Part shown: positions 39,005 to 52,878 of the stretch, piece after piece
How positions within the stretch are numbered: position 1 is the stretch's first letter
Layout: each line of letters opens with the position of its first letter
Assembly: GCF_009914755.1 (NCBI RefSeq)
Contig: NC_060930.1
Origin: the human T2T-CHM13v2.0 reference genome, Homo sapiens
Length of the DNA stretch: 64,000 nucleotides
Reading direction: 5' to 3' (one strand)
The notes under the pieces: generated by a model
Seen by the model: only the letters and a program-made list of their open reading frames with translations
Databases searched by the model: none
Told to the model about the DNA's origin: nothing
Position numbers and translations under genes: made by a program

Positions 39005-42000
39005 TCTATGCTACATTCATAAAAGACGTTCATCTTCTTCGGCCCAAAGAGCTGAAGCTAGTGAACCTCAACGATGGTGATACCAACAATTCCTTGCTAC
39101 AATCTAACAGTTTGCAAAGTGCTTCCCAGAATCTGCTCCCATTAACCCGGGTTGAGGCAAAGCTTCACAGATATTTAACAGTCTCATGGTAGCACTCCAT
39201 TTGTTTTAACTCAAAGATCTATCGAAGGATGTCATTGATTTTTATTGAGCTTCTCCCCCAAACTCTTAGGGGTAATTCTAAACTATCACTAGCAGAAACT
39301 GATCATGGCTGGACTCCACTGGCCAGGATAGCCAGTTCTGGTAGTCAGAACTCGCACATGAAATTGTAATGAATCTACTTCGTTTGAGTATTTCAGATGG
39401 GTTGTCAACATCAATAAAATTGCATAGATAGTTCTACCTACCTGGCAGCCCAGTTCACCTGGGCCTCTCAGAGGGTGTGTTAGGGTCTCGGATCTTGTCA
39501 TTGTGAATCTGGGCAATGCTTCTCCTTTCTTCTCCATTCCTCTCCTCATCACCCCCTCCTCCGGTTTTCTAAATGCCCAAAATATAAAGAGCAATGGAAC
39601 CATACAAGAGAGCTTAATTTTGAAAGGAGGTGAGCTGCATAAACAGGGATCTTTGTGTAGTTCTGGAGAATATTAATAGTCTGATCAAGTTTGTTGTAAA
39701 TATATTTCCCTTATCTCCTCTAACTTGGGGACTGTACAGAGGGAGAGTCAGGGAGAGGGAGGGGGCCTTCTGGATTTTTGCCCAGGGTTACTCAGCAGGG
39801 ACATGGTTTTCCTAAAGTTCCAGAAGGGAGGGGAGGCCACTGCAAGCTCCACCATGTGTCCCAGTATATCATGTTGACTCATGACTAGATCTTGAGAAAA
39901 ACTCACAGAAGTCAGGAAATTCCTGGCAAATGCTCTCATCTCACCCTCTGCTAACCTTGCAGGGAGAGCATAGGTAGGGTCAGATCGGAGGATGTTTTTA
40001 AAAGGAAAAATCAAAGCATGTCTGTAGCTTCTGCATGCCTGTAGTGGGACAAAGAGTCCTAACAGGCCTGGCTGAAGATGCAGAAGCAGCTTCAAGCCCC
40101 AGTGACCAGGGACAGCCAGCACTGGTATGTTTCTTCGTTCTAGATTTTTATTTCTGCAAAAGATTTTCCCCCTCTCCTTGGCGTTGTTTCCCCATGGGGA
40201 GTAGCATCTTTCTTTTTGAGCAAAGCCAAATGACCAAGGCACCACCCCCACCCCCTTCAATGGACAGGGCCAAATTTAGAGTTGGGGTTGCTCATTTAAG
40301 CTTTGTATGTAATTGAGCCTGGCACAAAGGGTTATCATTAGAAGGAATGGCATGAAATGAAGGAATGGAAAAGCTCAGACCCAAATTAGAAAAGATGTCC
40401 TGAGGGAGAGACACAGTGGCAAGGCTGGGAGCTCTGGTCTCAGAGGAATTCTTAGGAGAAAGGACTGGGCATTAAAAGTGCCTGGATGGGACAACTAGGG
40501 AACTGAATATGGCCCTGCCATCTCTTGGGATTATTTGCTTCTAAGTGCAAGGGCATGGTGGTAAGAGGTGGCAACAGACACCAGAGGCATCAATTGTTAA
40601 GAGCCAGCGTCTGCTCCCAGGGCACCATGGAATGCTGAAATAGGATTATCCTCTTACCAGATGTTTACCAAGTGTGTCCAGGGCTGGGCAGTGTTACTTT
40701 ATTCCCCAAGCAAATGGAAGGTGCTAGAGGACTCAGCCAGTTCCGCTGACTTACTGAACATCCTTGTCGGAAACCTTGCTGCCTATTGCTTTGGGGAATG
40801 GAGCCATCACCTCCCTCCTCTCCAGATGGGGTGTCCTACTGCTTGGTTGCTCAGTGTGGGTTGGGGACTTGGCAAGGGAACACCATGGAACAAACCAAGG
40901 AGGCTTTTTCTCTGAGGTGCCTGTCCCGGCTGACACATCTGTCACCCTTGGCTCCCCCCGGAAGTCCTGGAGCTTGATGGTGTGAAGAGGGCCCAAGTGA
41001 ACTCCATACGGCTGGGCGCAGCTTGCCCGTTCACCCTGCAGGATCAGTCCTCCTGCCTGCCTATCCTAGCTGTCCCCCCGTCCTCCTGGTTGACTCACGT
41101 GGGAGCTGGCAGCAGGGGGCTGCAGTCGTTCCCTCCGCTCCTCGCCAGACTGTCTCTGCTCCCCACATTAATGGTGGTGTCCTAGCTCCATGTGACCCCG
41201 GCTTCTAATATTCTTGGGTTAGTTCAGACTATACAGCTGGCCCAACTCTAGGCTTCCTAGCCTTGTTAAAGCCAAAATGCTGTCTTTTACTACCCTGCTC
41301 TTTCCATCAAGTTCTTCAAGCAACCCGAGTTTTAGAAGCTAGATGACTCTTTTGGTGAGCTCTTCCTCTGGGGGTAGGGAGCCTGGGTTTCAGTAGGGCC
41401 TGGACTGGGCTACATCATTGTTATTTTTTTTTAATGGTAGTTTTAGAAAAGAAGGTTCAAAGGTGAGTGACCCTCCAGGAGGAAGGATTAAGTGGGTTGA
41501 CTTGGGAGCCATTCAACCCAGGAGGCATTGCTAAGGAACATAATCTATTTTGCATTTCGTTTCATGAGCCAAAGTCAGTTATGGCATAGGAATAGCTTTC
41601 TCATGCTGTCTCTCCCTTTCTCCATTCTACAAAAATATTCATGCCAAATAATATGCAAGTTGTATAAACATCCCTTCAAAAAGCACATAAAGATATTATA
41701 TATAGTCACATATGTCTCCTTCCAAATGGGTGTGTTCCTAGAGATGCATAGAGATATCTTTCACACCCTATATGTAAAAAACAGCCAATTTAAGAATTGG
41801 CAGAACAGCCTTGCCTAAGTGAGTAGAAAACTTTGGCTCAGGGCTCTCCAAACAATCCCATAAAACCCATGCTTGCTTTTATTGAATGGTGATGCATGAA
41901 AGACCAAGGGTGGCCAACTTGAATGAGGGCAGGAGCCAGCGTTCACAGGATTGTCATAAAGGGTGGCAGGAAAGTTTCTTTTTGCTGAAATTCAATCTAT

Positions 42001-42089
42001 TCCTAGAAAAAAAAAATTGCTTCCAATACTGGCTGGCTGGATGTCACTCTTATGTTCACTTCTGCTGCAACATCATTTGAGCTCATCAA

Positions 42090-42750
42090 TGTTCAAGATG
42101 TTACTTTTACATTTGGTCTTCTCGCCTCCAGCCTCATCCCATCCATTTCAGCCTCCACTCCACTGGCTGCCAAAGTAATCTTTTTAAAAGGCAAATCAAA
42201 TCTATTACTTTCCTACTTAAAACCCTTTGGTGGCTCCCCGTTGCCTGCTAAAGTTCAAATTCCTTAGCTTGGTAGACAAACTCCCTCAACCTTCTGTCCT
42301 CCGTTACCCTTTAAGCCATTCCATGAAGTCCCCCAGCCCCATGGACGCTCCACTCCAGCCATTTCAGACGGCCTTTGAGGCCACAGTCTTCCAAGCCTCA
42401 TGCATTTGCACATGCAATTTCCTCCACTGGCATATTCCCTGGGGATATGAGTGGAACAGTGATAGCATCTGTGGTCAGAGCAAGGGGGACAGGAAGATGA
42501 TGTGGTAGAGTGGAGGGTGGCACTTTTAACTAGGGTGGCCAGAAAAGCACACTTGAGAAGGTGACTTTGAGTGAAGGCTGACGGAGATGAGGGAGACAGC
42601 CTGCAGATATCTGAGGGAAGAGCATTTCAGGCAGCAGGAACAGCAAGTGTAAAGGCACTGAGGTGGGAATGTGCTTGGTGCCTTCAAGGAATAGTTGGAG
42701 TAGGGTGAGCAATAAAGGGATGAGGTGTCTGGAAGTTGGGTGAGGACCAT
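42090..42750. mobile_element. Two L2 fragments in opposite orientation
   Basis: 'cttaaaaccctttggtggctcccc' and 'gaaggtgactttgag...ggaagagcatttcaggcagcaggaacagcaagtg'. Confidence 0.7.
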
Positions 42751-43217
42751 GGAGCTCTTGACCCAAACACTTGCCAGTGTTGCCAGTGGGAATGAGTGAC
42801 CTGAGCCAGAAGGTTGGCTGTGAAATGCTTGGAGGTTGCAACACTTTGCTTATAATGCAGATGAGTGTAAGAGTGGTTCTGAAAGTGTCAGGCTCTAGAC
42901 TTTACTTTCTCCCAACCTGCATCCACACAGTCTCAACAAAGCCATTTTACTAGAATTTGACACCCTGATGACTAAAAAACCAGACATCTTTGAGGAGGCA
43001 TTAATGTTTAGTTAGAGTCCAGGACTGGGTAAGTAATCCTCATCCTCAGGAGCCTCCGGGGTGCTTAACCCATACCTGATCTATCATGTTCTCCATAGCA
43101 ATTTATTTTATCAGCTCTTCCCATTCCCATTTTATAAACATTTATGGTAATGCCATATATAGATCTTTCAAGTGCTTGGACAAAATTGTGAATTAAGGTG
43201 TCAAACTTCTCCTCCAC

Positions 43218-43680
43218 CTTTTTATTGTGGTAAAGTATACACAACATGAAATTTACTATTTTAACCATTTTTAAGTACATAGTTCTGTGGCATTAAGTAC
43301 ATTCACACAGTTGGGCAACCATCACCAGAACTTCATCCTTCCCAACAGAAGCTCTGTATCCTTTAAGCACTAACTCCCCCTCATTTTGCTTTCTGTCTCT
43401 ATCAATTTGACCACTCCAGGAACTTCATACAAAAGAAATCATACAATGTTTTGTGTACTGGCCTTTGTGACTGGCTTATTTCACTTGGCAGAGGTCTCCA
43501 AGTTTATCCATCTTGTAGCATATATCAAAATTTCCTTCCTTTTTAAAGCTGAACAATATTCCATTGTATGTTTGTGCCACATTTTGTTTATTCTTTCATT
43601 CATGGATAGGCACTTGGGTTGCTTCCACCTTTTGACTCTCGTGAATAATATTGTTATGAACATGGGTGTACAGGTATCTG
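43218..43680 (-). mobile_element. L1MB 3' fragment
   Basis: ORF 43481-43687(-) 'WKQPKCLSMNERINKMWHKHTMEYCSALK' is a degenerate ORF2 C-terminus, followed by L1MB-type 3' UTR. Confidence 0.85.
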
Positions 43681-44489
43681 CTCTCACTTCTTTCTCTTCC
43701 CTTCTTTAAAGGTAGTCTTTGAGCAGAAGCACCTCTTGGCTGCTTGAATCCATCTGGATGGCTGCCCTTCTCCCTTGTCTTGACTTGGCTTTATTATCAA
43801 TTGATGATGAAGTCTGTTTCTGATGAGCTCAACCCTCAGCCACCAGAAAATTAGGCTCTGAATGATATATACAGAAATAAATGTGTGATGACTTTTCTAA
43901 TGTCACTCCTTGGGAAATCACTAGCACTGCTAGAAACAGAGACTAGGGATTTCCCCAGGGCTGGGCCTTCTCATTCTCAGATGGTGGCCCCTTAGGGGTC
44001 AAAGCCACAGAAGATGGCCAGTATTCTGCCTGGGAGAGTCAGTGGGCACCTCCCAGCCAGGGCTCCTGGACATCTCTTCGGAGATCCTGGTCCATTGGCT
44101 GCAGCAGAGCCTGGATGAAGCCAAGGCCGTGGTTTCAGCTGCCCCTGGGCCAACCCTCCTGACTCAGTGGCTATAGACTGCATTGCTACTCTCAGGCAGC
44201 TGACCTAAACAGCACTTGGACTTGAACAAACAAAATGAAAATTGTAAAAGAAATTTATAATAGAAAAAAATCACATGTTTTCAAAATAGAGGATGCCCAA
44301 ATATGAGAGAGAATGGAATGAACTGAACAAACATGGGTGTTGGAATCAGCCAGATATAGATCAAGACATGGGTCTTATCAGCCATGGGGTTTGTGCAAGC
44401 CATCCAAATTCTGTGAGCCTCAGCTTCCCCATTTACAAATGGATATAGGGTCATTAAATGAAAAAAAAATAAAAAACATGAAACTTGCT

Positions 44490-44660
44490 TTTATTGAGCA
44501 GACCTTATTGCATATTAGAATCACCTGGAGAACTTTTAAAACCTAGGATGTCTGGGTATGACTCCTAGAGATACTGATTTAATTGGTCAGGGGCACCGAT
44601 AGTGTTTATAAAACTCCCCAGGTGATTTTAATGTGCAGTCAAGGTGGCATATAACTGGCC
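44490..44660. mobile_element. MER5A between MIR fragments
   Basis: 'gcatattagaatcacctggagaactt...ctccccaggtgattttaatgtgcagtcaagg'. Confidence 0.8.
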
Positions 44661-45689
44661 TAGAGTGTAGCAGACCCTCCTCAAATATTAGCTTTCCTCA
44701 GTCCTCCTCCCATGCCTGCAAAAACTCTAGAAAGCACATGCCCTCCCTCACATGGAATAGCCTTGGCATCAGCTGCCTTGGTTCATATCACAGCTCTGTG
44801 CCAGTGACCAGGGTTCCTAACATAGCCGAGCCTCAATTTCCTCAATGGTAAGATGGGATTGATGACAGAAACCACTTCTAGTTTTCTGTGAAGATTAGAA
44901 GAGATAACGCATGGCTTGGAGTTAGAGAGTACACAATAAATGTCAGCTCTTATTGTGAGCATGGTCAGTGTCAAGTCAAGAATCCCATCATTTCCACTGC
45001 AGCCAGCCCTTCTCACCCCCTCCCTCCCCAAACCCCAAAGCAGAGAAACCAACCCTCCTGTTCCCTGCAGAGGGCTGGTCAGTTCCAGCTCTCCTGCTGA
45101 GCCATGTTCCTAGGAGATGCCTGGTGAGAACTTGGGATCAGATTGAGTCAGAGGTATTTGTAGACTTGACTCACCAGGTCTTAAAACCAGAAGATTGCCC
45201 TGTGGGTCTCATGACATTCCTGGAAAATAAAAGAAGTGAATATTATTGGGCTGAGTTCATCAGACACTCAGCCCTCCCTTTTGTATGCCGGTGCTTCTGA
45301 AGAGAGCAGGCAGCAACTTAGCCAAGTCTGAACCATCAAAGGCAATGGCCTGGTTGCAGTGCAGGGAGATGTTGCTTCTCCTGAAGACAGGTCTGTTCCT
45401 CTTTCCATTCCTCTTCTCTTCCAGTCCCCCAAGGCTATCGACTTTCTCCTCCTTCCAGGTTCCTGGGAAAATGTTTCTGAGGGCTGCCTCTGGTGAGGTG
45501 TGTCAGAGCTGAGCTATTTTCGAGGGCTGGGTGTGGGCTGGGAAGGGGCCACCCATATTCCAAAGAATAAGAAAGGGAAAGTTCCCCTTCTGGAGCCAGG
45601 ATTTCTGGAACCTTGCACTGAAGCCCCAGCCAGGTAGGGGACCCATTTCTCTGAGGCCTTCTTTCCCCACACTGCGTCACATCCCTAAC

Positions 45690-47360
45690 AATAGTAAGTC
45701 CTGTTGTTTCCACATCCCAACTATCTCTAGAATCTACTTCTCTGTATCTCCAGAGCCACAACCCTAGCAAAAGCCACTGCCATTTTATAATTTCTCACCT
45801 GCAACTGCAACCTCCTGTTTCTACTGTTTCTATTCTCTCTACCCTTGTCTTCCCAACCTGCCACCGGCAGGCAGGTAAAATTTTCAAAATATAAAACTGA
45901 TCATGACACATACACGCATATGCACATTTAAGCTTAATACTCTTTCAAAGCTTCACATTGCTCTTGGGATAAAGGCAAAACCTCTAACAAGTCTGACAAG
46001 GTCATGTAGATCAAGATTTGGTTTGGCTATGAGTGACAGAAAACCCAAGTTAATAGGGGTTTGAATAGATAAGGTTTTCTTTTCTATGTGAAGAGTCTGC
46101 ATTTCAACCAGTGAGGATTGGCACAGCAACTCCTTAAAGTGATGGGGGACTCAGACTACTTGAGTTATCTGCTCTGTCATCCTTAGTATGCAGTTTTCAC
46201 TTCACAATCCAAGAGGGCTGCTTGAGCTCCAGCCATTGCAACCAAATCTCAGCTCACAGGAAGGAGGAATTGCACACAGCACTTCTACTTGCATCCTTCT
46301 GTGCAGAATTTAGTCACATGGCTACAGGTAGCTGAAAGAGAGGCTGGAAAATGTAATAATATTTTTTTCCAAGTGGCCATAGCCCACCAAAAATGGAGGA
46401 AGAAGGGGAGAATAGATATTGAGTGATAACTGGCAGTGTAAATCATATAGTACTCCTCTCCTGAGCATCATTATACCTCATGCCTTCTTCCCTTGGCTCT
46501 CTCCACTCCAGACACACTGGCTTTCTCCAGATGTTCCACACATTTGCAATACTCCCTCCTGCCATAGGCCCTTGCTCATGCTTCAGTGTTCTCTCCTCCC
46601 TCCTACTTAATTACTAATCCTTCAGAACTCCACTCAAGCAGAGTTCCCTCAAAGAACCTTCCAGAGGTCAGATCCTCATATTTAGAAGGGATTTTTTATC
46701 CTCCTCTTGTATGTTTAGCTTATAACATGTAGATTCTGTCACTGTTGCAATCACACATTTGTTTTGTATGACTATTTTCTGCACATCATCTGTCCCATGA
46801 TGAGGACAGAATTTAGGCTTGGTTTTGTGCACTATGGAGCATCCTGCCTGGCACACAGTAGGTGCTCAATAAGTATTTCTTGAATGAATCAATGAATAAA
46901 TTTAGATATTACCTAAAATGTATTAAAGGGGGACCAAGAATTAGGCAAAGGGTTTTCCTGGGGCAAGTCATAGGGAGTGGCTGAGAGGGGTTGGGAGATG
47001 CATTCTAAATAGTCCATCCAAATCTAGTAGGCTTTAGGTGTGGCAGAGAAAGTGTTGACCTGGAACTCAGAAGACCTGTTTTCTGATCTCAGCTCAGCCA
47101 TCAACAGCTGGGCCACTGCCTAGAGACAGAAATGGTCAGATGTTGGGTATATTTTGAAGGTAGAGTTGACAACAATTGCTGACAGATTGGATGTGGGAAT
47201 TGAGGGAAAGAGAAGGGTCAAGGATTAGTCCTGGGTGTTTGGCTGAACACACAGAAGGCCATTTATGGAGAAGGGGAAGACAGTGAAAGGAATAGCTTTT
47301 AAGGAGAGGGTCTGAAACTCTTATTTGCAAATGAGCCACATGTTCCCATAGCCAGATGCA
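45690..47360. mobile_element. Cluster of L2 fragments with nested MLT1 LTR (~46010-46450) and MIR
   Basis: L2 tail 'cctggcacacagtaggtgctcaataagtatttcttgaatgaat'. MLT1 'gagtgacagaaaacccaag...agctccagccatt'. Confidence 0.65.
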
Positions 47361-48852
47361 CACTTCAACTCTTCCACAGAGGAAGCCTAAGCCCCAGGCT
47401 GGGGGGTGTCAGTGGTGGAGAATACTAAATGGATGTAAAAAAAGTTAACTGAACCCCACCCCATCCCCCCAGAAAATGCCCAAACAACTGGACTTTCAAG
47501 GTGCATAGTTACCAGCCAAGTTATTCAGCTTAACTCAGCAACAAGATTGAAGAGAAAGTGGTCAGAAGACCTTGATACTAGGCTTGGTAGGAAGCAGTCA
47601 CTTTGGGCTCAAAAGTCAGTGATGAGGGAAGGCATATCCATGCATAGTCACTGCAGAAATCTTTGAAAATTAAGAAAATTACAATCCCAGTACATGCCTC
47701 ACATGCCTAACATCACCATGTATTTTCTCCCAATCTTTATTGTACACATTTTCCTGTAAGCAGTGGCACTCATCTGAATAATGTGATTTGGCAATTTCCC
47801 TTTCTCACTAAACATTATCATACATGTTTCTAAGTTGCTTTCTAAACAGGCTGTACTGATCTACTCAACTAGAATCAGTATATTAGAATGCTTCTCTCCT
47901 GGCAATCTTGTTCACAATGAGCGTTAGCAAAAGAATACTTTGACAATTTTATAAGTGAGAAATAGTAATTCATTATTATTTTAATTTGCAGGTTTAAAAA
48001 AATTTCTAGAGAGCCTGAACACTTCTCAAATGCTTGTTAGTTACATTTTTTTTTCAAGTGACCTTTGCAAAGATATTTCTAGACGTGGAAGGAACCAGAA
48101 TAACCAATATTTAGTTAAATCCCACTTCCTTCACCTCAAGAAGCAGCATCTCTCCCTTCAAAAACCAACCATATGTATGAGGGGGATGGGGGTGGCAAAG
48201 CAGAGAGAAAGAAGTGCTGTGGTAGAAAGTTTGCACTCAACTGCTGCGTGGCAATGGCTCACCGCCAGCCTCTAGTCCACCTTCTTGTGAATGAGGGTGA
48301 AAGCTTTATAAGCAAATCAGTGCTAACTATAGCTGGTGGATGTCTGCTGTGCAGCTCTTTTGGATTTCCGCCCTAATCTGATCTGCCATCTGGGTTTTGA
48401 TATGCACAGAGAGGCAGTCTGTTTTGGTGAGATCTACACCCCGTGTGCTCTCCCACTGACTCTGTGGGAGGACAGAGAGTCCACAGCCCGATCTGCTCCT
48501 TCAGGTAGGGACTCTGCCTGGTTTGGCTGTGTCTTAGAATATAGTGTAGCACCTGGCACACAGTAGGTTCTTATACATATTTGTTCTGTGACTGAGTGAT
48601 CAGGATCCTGAAGGGATAACTAGGAGAGAGGAGACGCTGTTCTCTCTGTTCTCACTTCTATTCTCAGCTGTGTCACTAAACAGTAAGTCACTTTCTCTCA
48701 CTGGCCTCTACTTCCTCGTTTTAAGCAATTAATCCAAAACGGCAGCAAAGATTTCTTCTAACTCTGAAATTGTGTGAAAACTTTTAACCCATCTTTGCTT
48801 TAGTTTCTTCATCTATGAAATAGGCAGGATGAAAATGTCAATCTCCTATGAG

Positions 48853-48952
48853 GGTACCCGATAAAATACAGGATGCACAGTTAAATTTGAATATCAGATA
48901 AACAAGAAACACATTTTTTCAAAGTATAAATATGTACCCAATATTGCATAGG
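48853..48952. mobile_element. MER53 hAT MITE (half)
   Basis: 'gataaaatacaggatgcacagttaaatttgaatatcagataaac...aatattgcata'. Confidence 0.75.
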
Positions 48953-49730
48953 TTCGATAAATAACTGGAGTGCTGGATGACCAAACAACATGCAGCTGGA
49001 TCTGTTTATTGCATTTAGAGTTGTGTTTCTAGACTATGATGATTACATGGTGTTCAATCAACAAGTATTTATTAAGAATCTACTATACTCCAGGCACTGT
49101 TGAGGCCCTGGTGATACAGCAGAGAATGAAATAAGCAATGTCCCTGTTTTCACTGGGCTTAAATTCTAGCTAACAAAAGGTTCACAAAATGTCATGTAGT
49201 CTTCATGCTCAGAAGGCTAGCAAAGCAGGCTAAGGGCCAGAGACCATGTGGAGGGCTGAGAAAGGGAGTTAAGGAGGCTGAGGAACCCAACTCTGTGCAC
49301 CTGAAAGCCCCCAACCTCCACACAGACCTGTGTTTGTACAGCAAGACTGTGATATTATTTTGTAGCAATCCCCAAAGCTGCATAAAAATGTCATTGATTC
49401 AAAAAGCTCGTGCACCAAATTTGGGATAAAATGAGCAGTAGCTTGGATGGAAGAGACCTATAAATCATTTAGCCAATTTTAGCTGAGCTAGGGCTGCAAC
49501 CAACTTTCCTGACAGCCAGGAGAAAGTTCTGGGAGGTGATGTGGCTTGTGAAAAAGTGATTCTGATTTTCAGTTCTGTTTACCAGTGTGGTTGGGTTAAG
49601 TCTTGACAACTTTTGTACATGTTTTAAAGTTTTAGCTGAAACAACAGTGAAGCATTTTTCTTTGAGACATTTTTACCCTCACTGAGCCAGTGCTCTTTGG
49701 TTCAAGGTTTTGCTGGGGCCTATTAAGTGA

Positions 49731-50128
<398 letters not shown>

Positions 50129-50537
50129 GAGGTCACCTTTCTTATACCTCTGGTAGCCCAGAGAAATCTCAGCATCATTGCTATCACCACCTTTATGATG
50201 GCATTAGGTCTCTAGGTTGCTTCTACCCTAGAATATTCTGTGTGCTTGCCTCTATTTCATTTTACACATTAGACTTCTATTTGGTTTAATATAGAGATTT
50301 TATTGTCTGCTACGAGAATTGGATATGTGAAGCTCATTAACATTTCTCAAGTAAAACTAGAGAAAACAGTTTGTGGAGTTTCTTTTTTATCATTTTCAAT
50401 TCATAGTGGTTGGGTTCTTAGAACTAGCCATGATTCTTGGTTTATAAAAGAAAATAATCACAGACACCTGGGGATATATAGCTTTGGTGGGGGAGAGGCA
50501 GTTCTGTGAAAGTCAACAGCAGAAAGTACCCATGAGC

Positions 50538-50812
50538 TTTTTGTTTGTGAGACAGGGTCTCACCCTATTGCCCAGGCTGGAGCATAGTCATGTGATCATG
50601 GCTCACTGCAGCCTCAACCTCCTAGGCTCAAGTAATGCTCCCACCTCACTTCCTGAGTGGCTGGGACTATGGGCACATGCCACCAAGTTTTTTGTAGAGA
50701 TGGGGTTTCACCATGTTGCCCAGGCTGGGCTCAAACTCCTGGACTCAAGCAATCTATCTGTCTTGGCTTCCCAAAGTGCTGGGCTTGCAGGCCTGCACCA
50801 CCATGCCTGGCC
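50538..50812 (-). mobile_element. AluJ
   Basis: Reverse Alu with J-type 'ctaggctcaagtaatgctcccacc'. TSD cccatgagctttt/cccatgaactttt. Confidence 0.92.
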
Positions 50813-51144
50813 CCATGAACTTTTTCCATCAGAGAAGCTCTTAGGCACATTGCTGGCTTCTCCTCAAATGCTGTCACCCAAGGAATAATTGCCTTTCTGA
50901 TCCCCTCAGACACAATTCCCACACAAACTGGACATCTGAACATCTGGGGCCTGTGAGCTCTGTGAGAACGTTGTTGGACACTGGAGTCGGGAGGGATGAG
51001 GGACCAACCTCTCCCCAGATGACTAGGGCTTCTCTGAATCTGAGCCAGACACCAGATGAAGGAACAGCTCACCCATGACGAGGGTGAGAGCACACATGTT
51101 CACAGGCAGCGGGGGATATGTTTACTCACTGACTCTTTCATCAG

Positions 51145-51340
51145 GTCATCCTCCCCAAGATAATAAGCTGAGGTACTCGAGCAAGTTCTGCCTTTGAAAA
51201 GCTTGGAATCCCCAAAGGGCGGGGCACCAGGGTGGGCACTCAAACGGACAATGCAGAAAGCCAAGCGCAGACGGTTCTAGCTGGAACCGGGAGAGAAGCC
51301 TCCAAACCTGGCTCCAGTAAAACTCAGAAATGTTTCCAGG
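51145..51340 (+). pseudogene. Candidate penultimate exon with in-frame TGA (VILPKIIS*GTRASSAFEKLG...KTQKCFQ)
   Basis: Branch-like 'tactcactgac' plus 'tctttcatcag' acceptor, and AGG|gtgagc donor. Ends in phase 1, matching the phase-1 acceptor at 52271. Single TGA at 51169-51171. Confidence 0.4.
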
Positions 51341-52270
51341 GTGAGCATGGACCATCTCCCCAAAGGCGGTGACCAGGGTGGCTGAGATAGCTCAGTTAAG
51401 GTAGCTCGCATTCATGTGGCTCCTTTGATCTGAGGTTGGTAAACCTTGTTACCATATCCAGTCACAAAGAGCTGCCACCTGCTTTCTACCTGGAAGCTCA
51501 AGGGATTAGGGGAGAACTAACAAAAGTCGGTCTGTAAAGTGCTTCCAGATTTTTAAGTGCGTCCACTGTGAACTTAGATCAATGCTTCAAGCTGCAGACT
51601 TTTGAAGGCAGAATGATCTGTTCTGAAGGGTCCCAGAGGCTATTGGCCCCAACCTTCTTATATAAATGGGAGGATGTAACCAAGTCTCCAAGGAGGGATG
51701 GGGCTTGCCCGAGGTCCCATGGCATTTTCTGGCAGAGCAAGAATCAGCACTAAGGTCTCCTGGCTCCCGGCCCTGAACTCTTTCTCCTCCACCCTGAGAG
51801 CCTCGCTCTGCTGGGGAGGTGGAGGGTCATCTGTTTAACACAGTTCTGTTTTTGGCAATCTTGGGGAAGGCCCTTCTTGTCATAGTCTTCAGGGCTGTCC
51901 TTGGCAAGATTGCCTCCAAATAAGCTGCAGCATGGTCCCCTGCCTGGACGTCCATCTCTGTCTTCACACCCGTGCCACCTTTCGAGACCAAGTGGAGAGC
52001 TAGGTCAGGATGCCTTCTTGGACTTGCTGATCTTCTCTGCCCCTGAGTACCTAGGCTCTGTACCACACCCTCTTCACTTTGTTCTCCAGTCATTAACTGC
52101 TCATATAACCCTCTTTTCCTTACTGAACTGCAAGCTCTGATGGGTAGGAAATACATTTCCACCTTCTCATTCGTTTAAGCACCTAGCATGGAGCTGGGCA
52201 TAGAGTTGGCGCACAATAAATGCTGATGAGCATGCATGCCTGAGTGACTCTCTGGTTTCTTCCTTGACAG

Positions 52271-52878
52271 ATTCAGAGCCCAGTACCTTGGACTCCCAGT
52301 CTTCGACCACCTTGTTCCTCTCCTCGGAGGAGCCAGGCCCCTCCACCGCCGCCCTGCCATCTCCCTCCTCCTCTTCCTGCGAGCCTCAGGCCTTTTCCCC
52401 AGGTCCGCCAGCGCTGCCTCCGCTGTTGCCTCCGCTCCCCGCAGCCTCGGCGCCCCCAGGCCCCGGCGCCTCCCGGCGCACAGGCCGCTACTCAGTCGTC
52501 GCCTCCTCCCCGGAGGCCGCCCCGCGTCTGGTCGACTGGCTCCCCGGTTGCCCTTCGACCATCTCTCCCAGCACACGCGGGGATGACAAGGAGCGGCCGC
52601 CGCCCGTCCTGGCACCGGCCGAGGGCCCGGAAAGGAGCCGCGCCCCGCGCCCCAGCACTGCGGGCAGGGAGGAGGGCACCGTGGACGCGGGTACATCCCC
52701 GCCGCCCCGAGCCCGGCCCGCCGCTGCGGCGAGCTTGGAGGCCCACGTCGGGGACATCCTGGTGGAGCTGCGGACCATGAACGGCCACCTGGACAGCATA
52801 GCGCGGGCCCTCACCAAACTGGCTTCGTCCCTGGGGCCCCAGCCTGAGCCCCTGCCAGATGTTTCGGATGCCAACTAA
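52271..52878 (+). CDS. Terminal coding exon of an unidentified gene: Pro/Ser-rich linker plus C-terminal amphipathic helix (LEAHVGDILVELRTMNGHLDSIARALTKLASSL)
   Basis: Acceptor 'tctggtttcttccttgacag|AT', 202 open codons to TAA, strongly G/C-ending codons in the helical part, downstream AATAAA. The ORF-track start is a TTG inside the acceptor, not a real initiator. Confidence 0.7.

Noticed and set aside
39289-39603. Protein-like minus-strand frames
   Set aside because: No recognisable homology, start context or paired splice sites.
41106-41124. CTCF-like motifs (also near 56525 and 58033)
   Set aside because: Each has mismatches at informative positions and cannot be supported without PWM scoring or ChIP data.
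51084-51144. Intron between GG|gtgaga and catcag|
   Set aside because: Only 61 nt, shorter than typical for primate spliceosomal introns.
51076-51171. Selenoprotein interpretation of the in-frame TGA codons
   Set aside because: No recognisable SECIS in 52879-53500 and no redox motif. CpG decay or chance is simpler.
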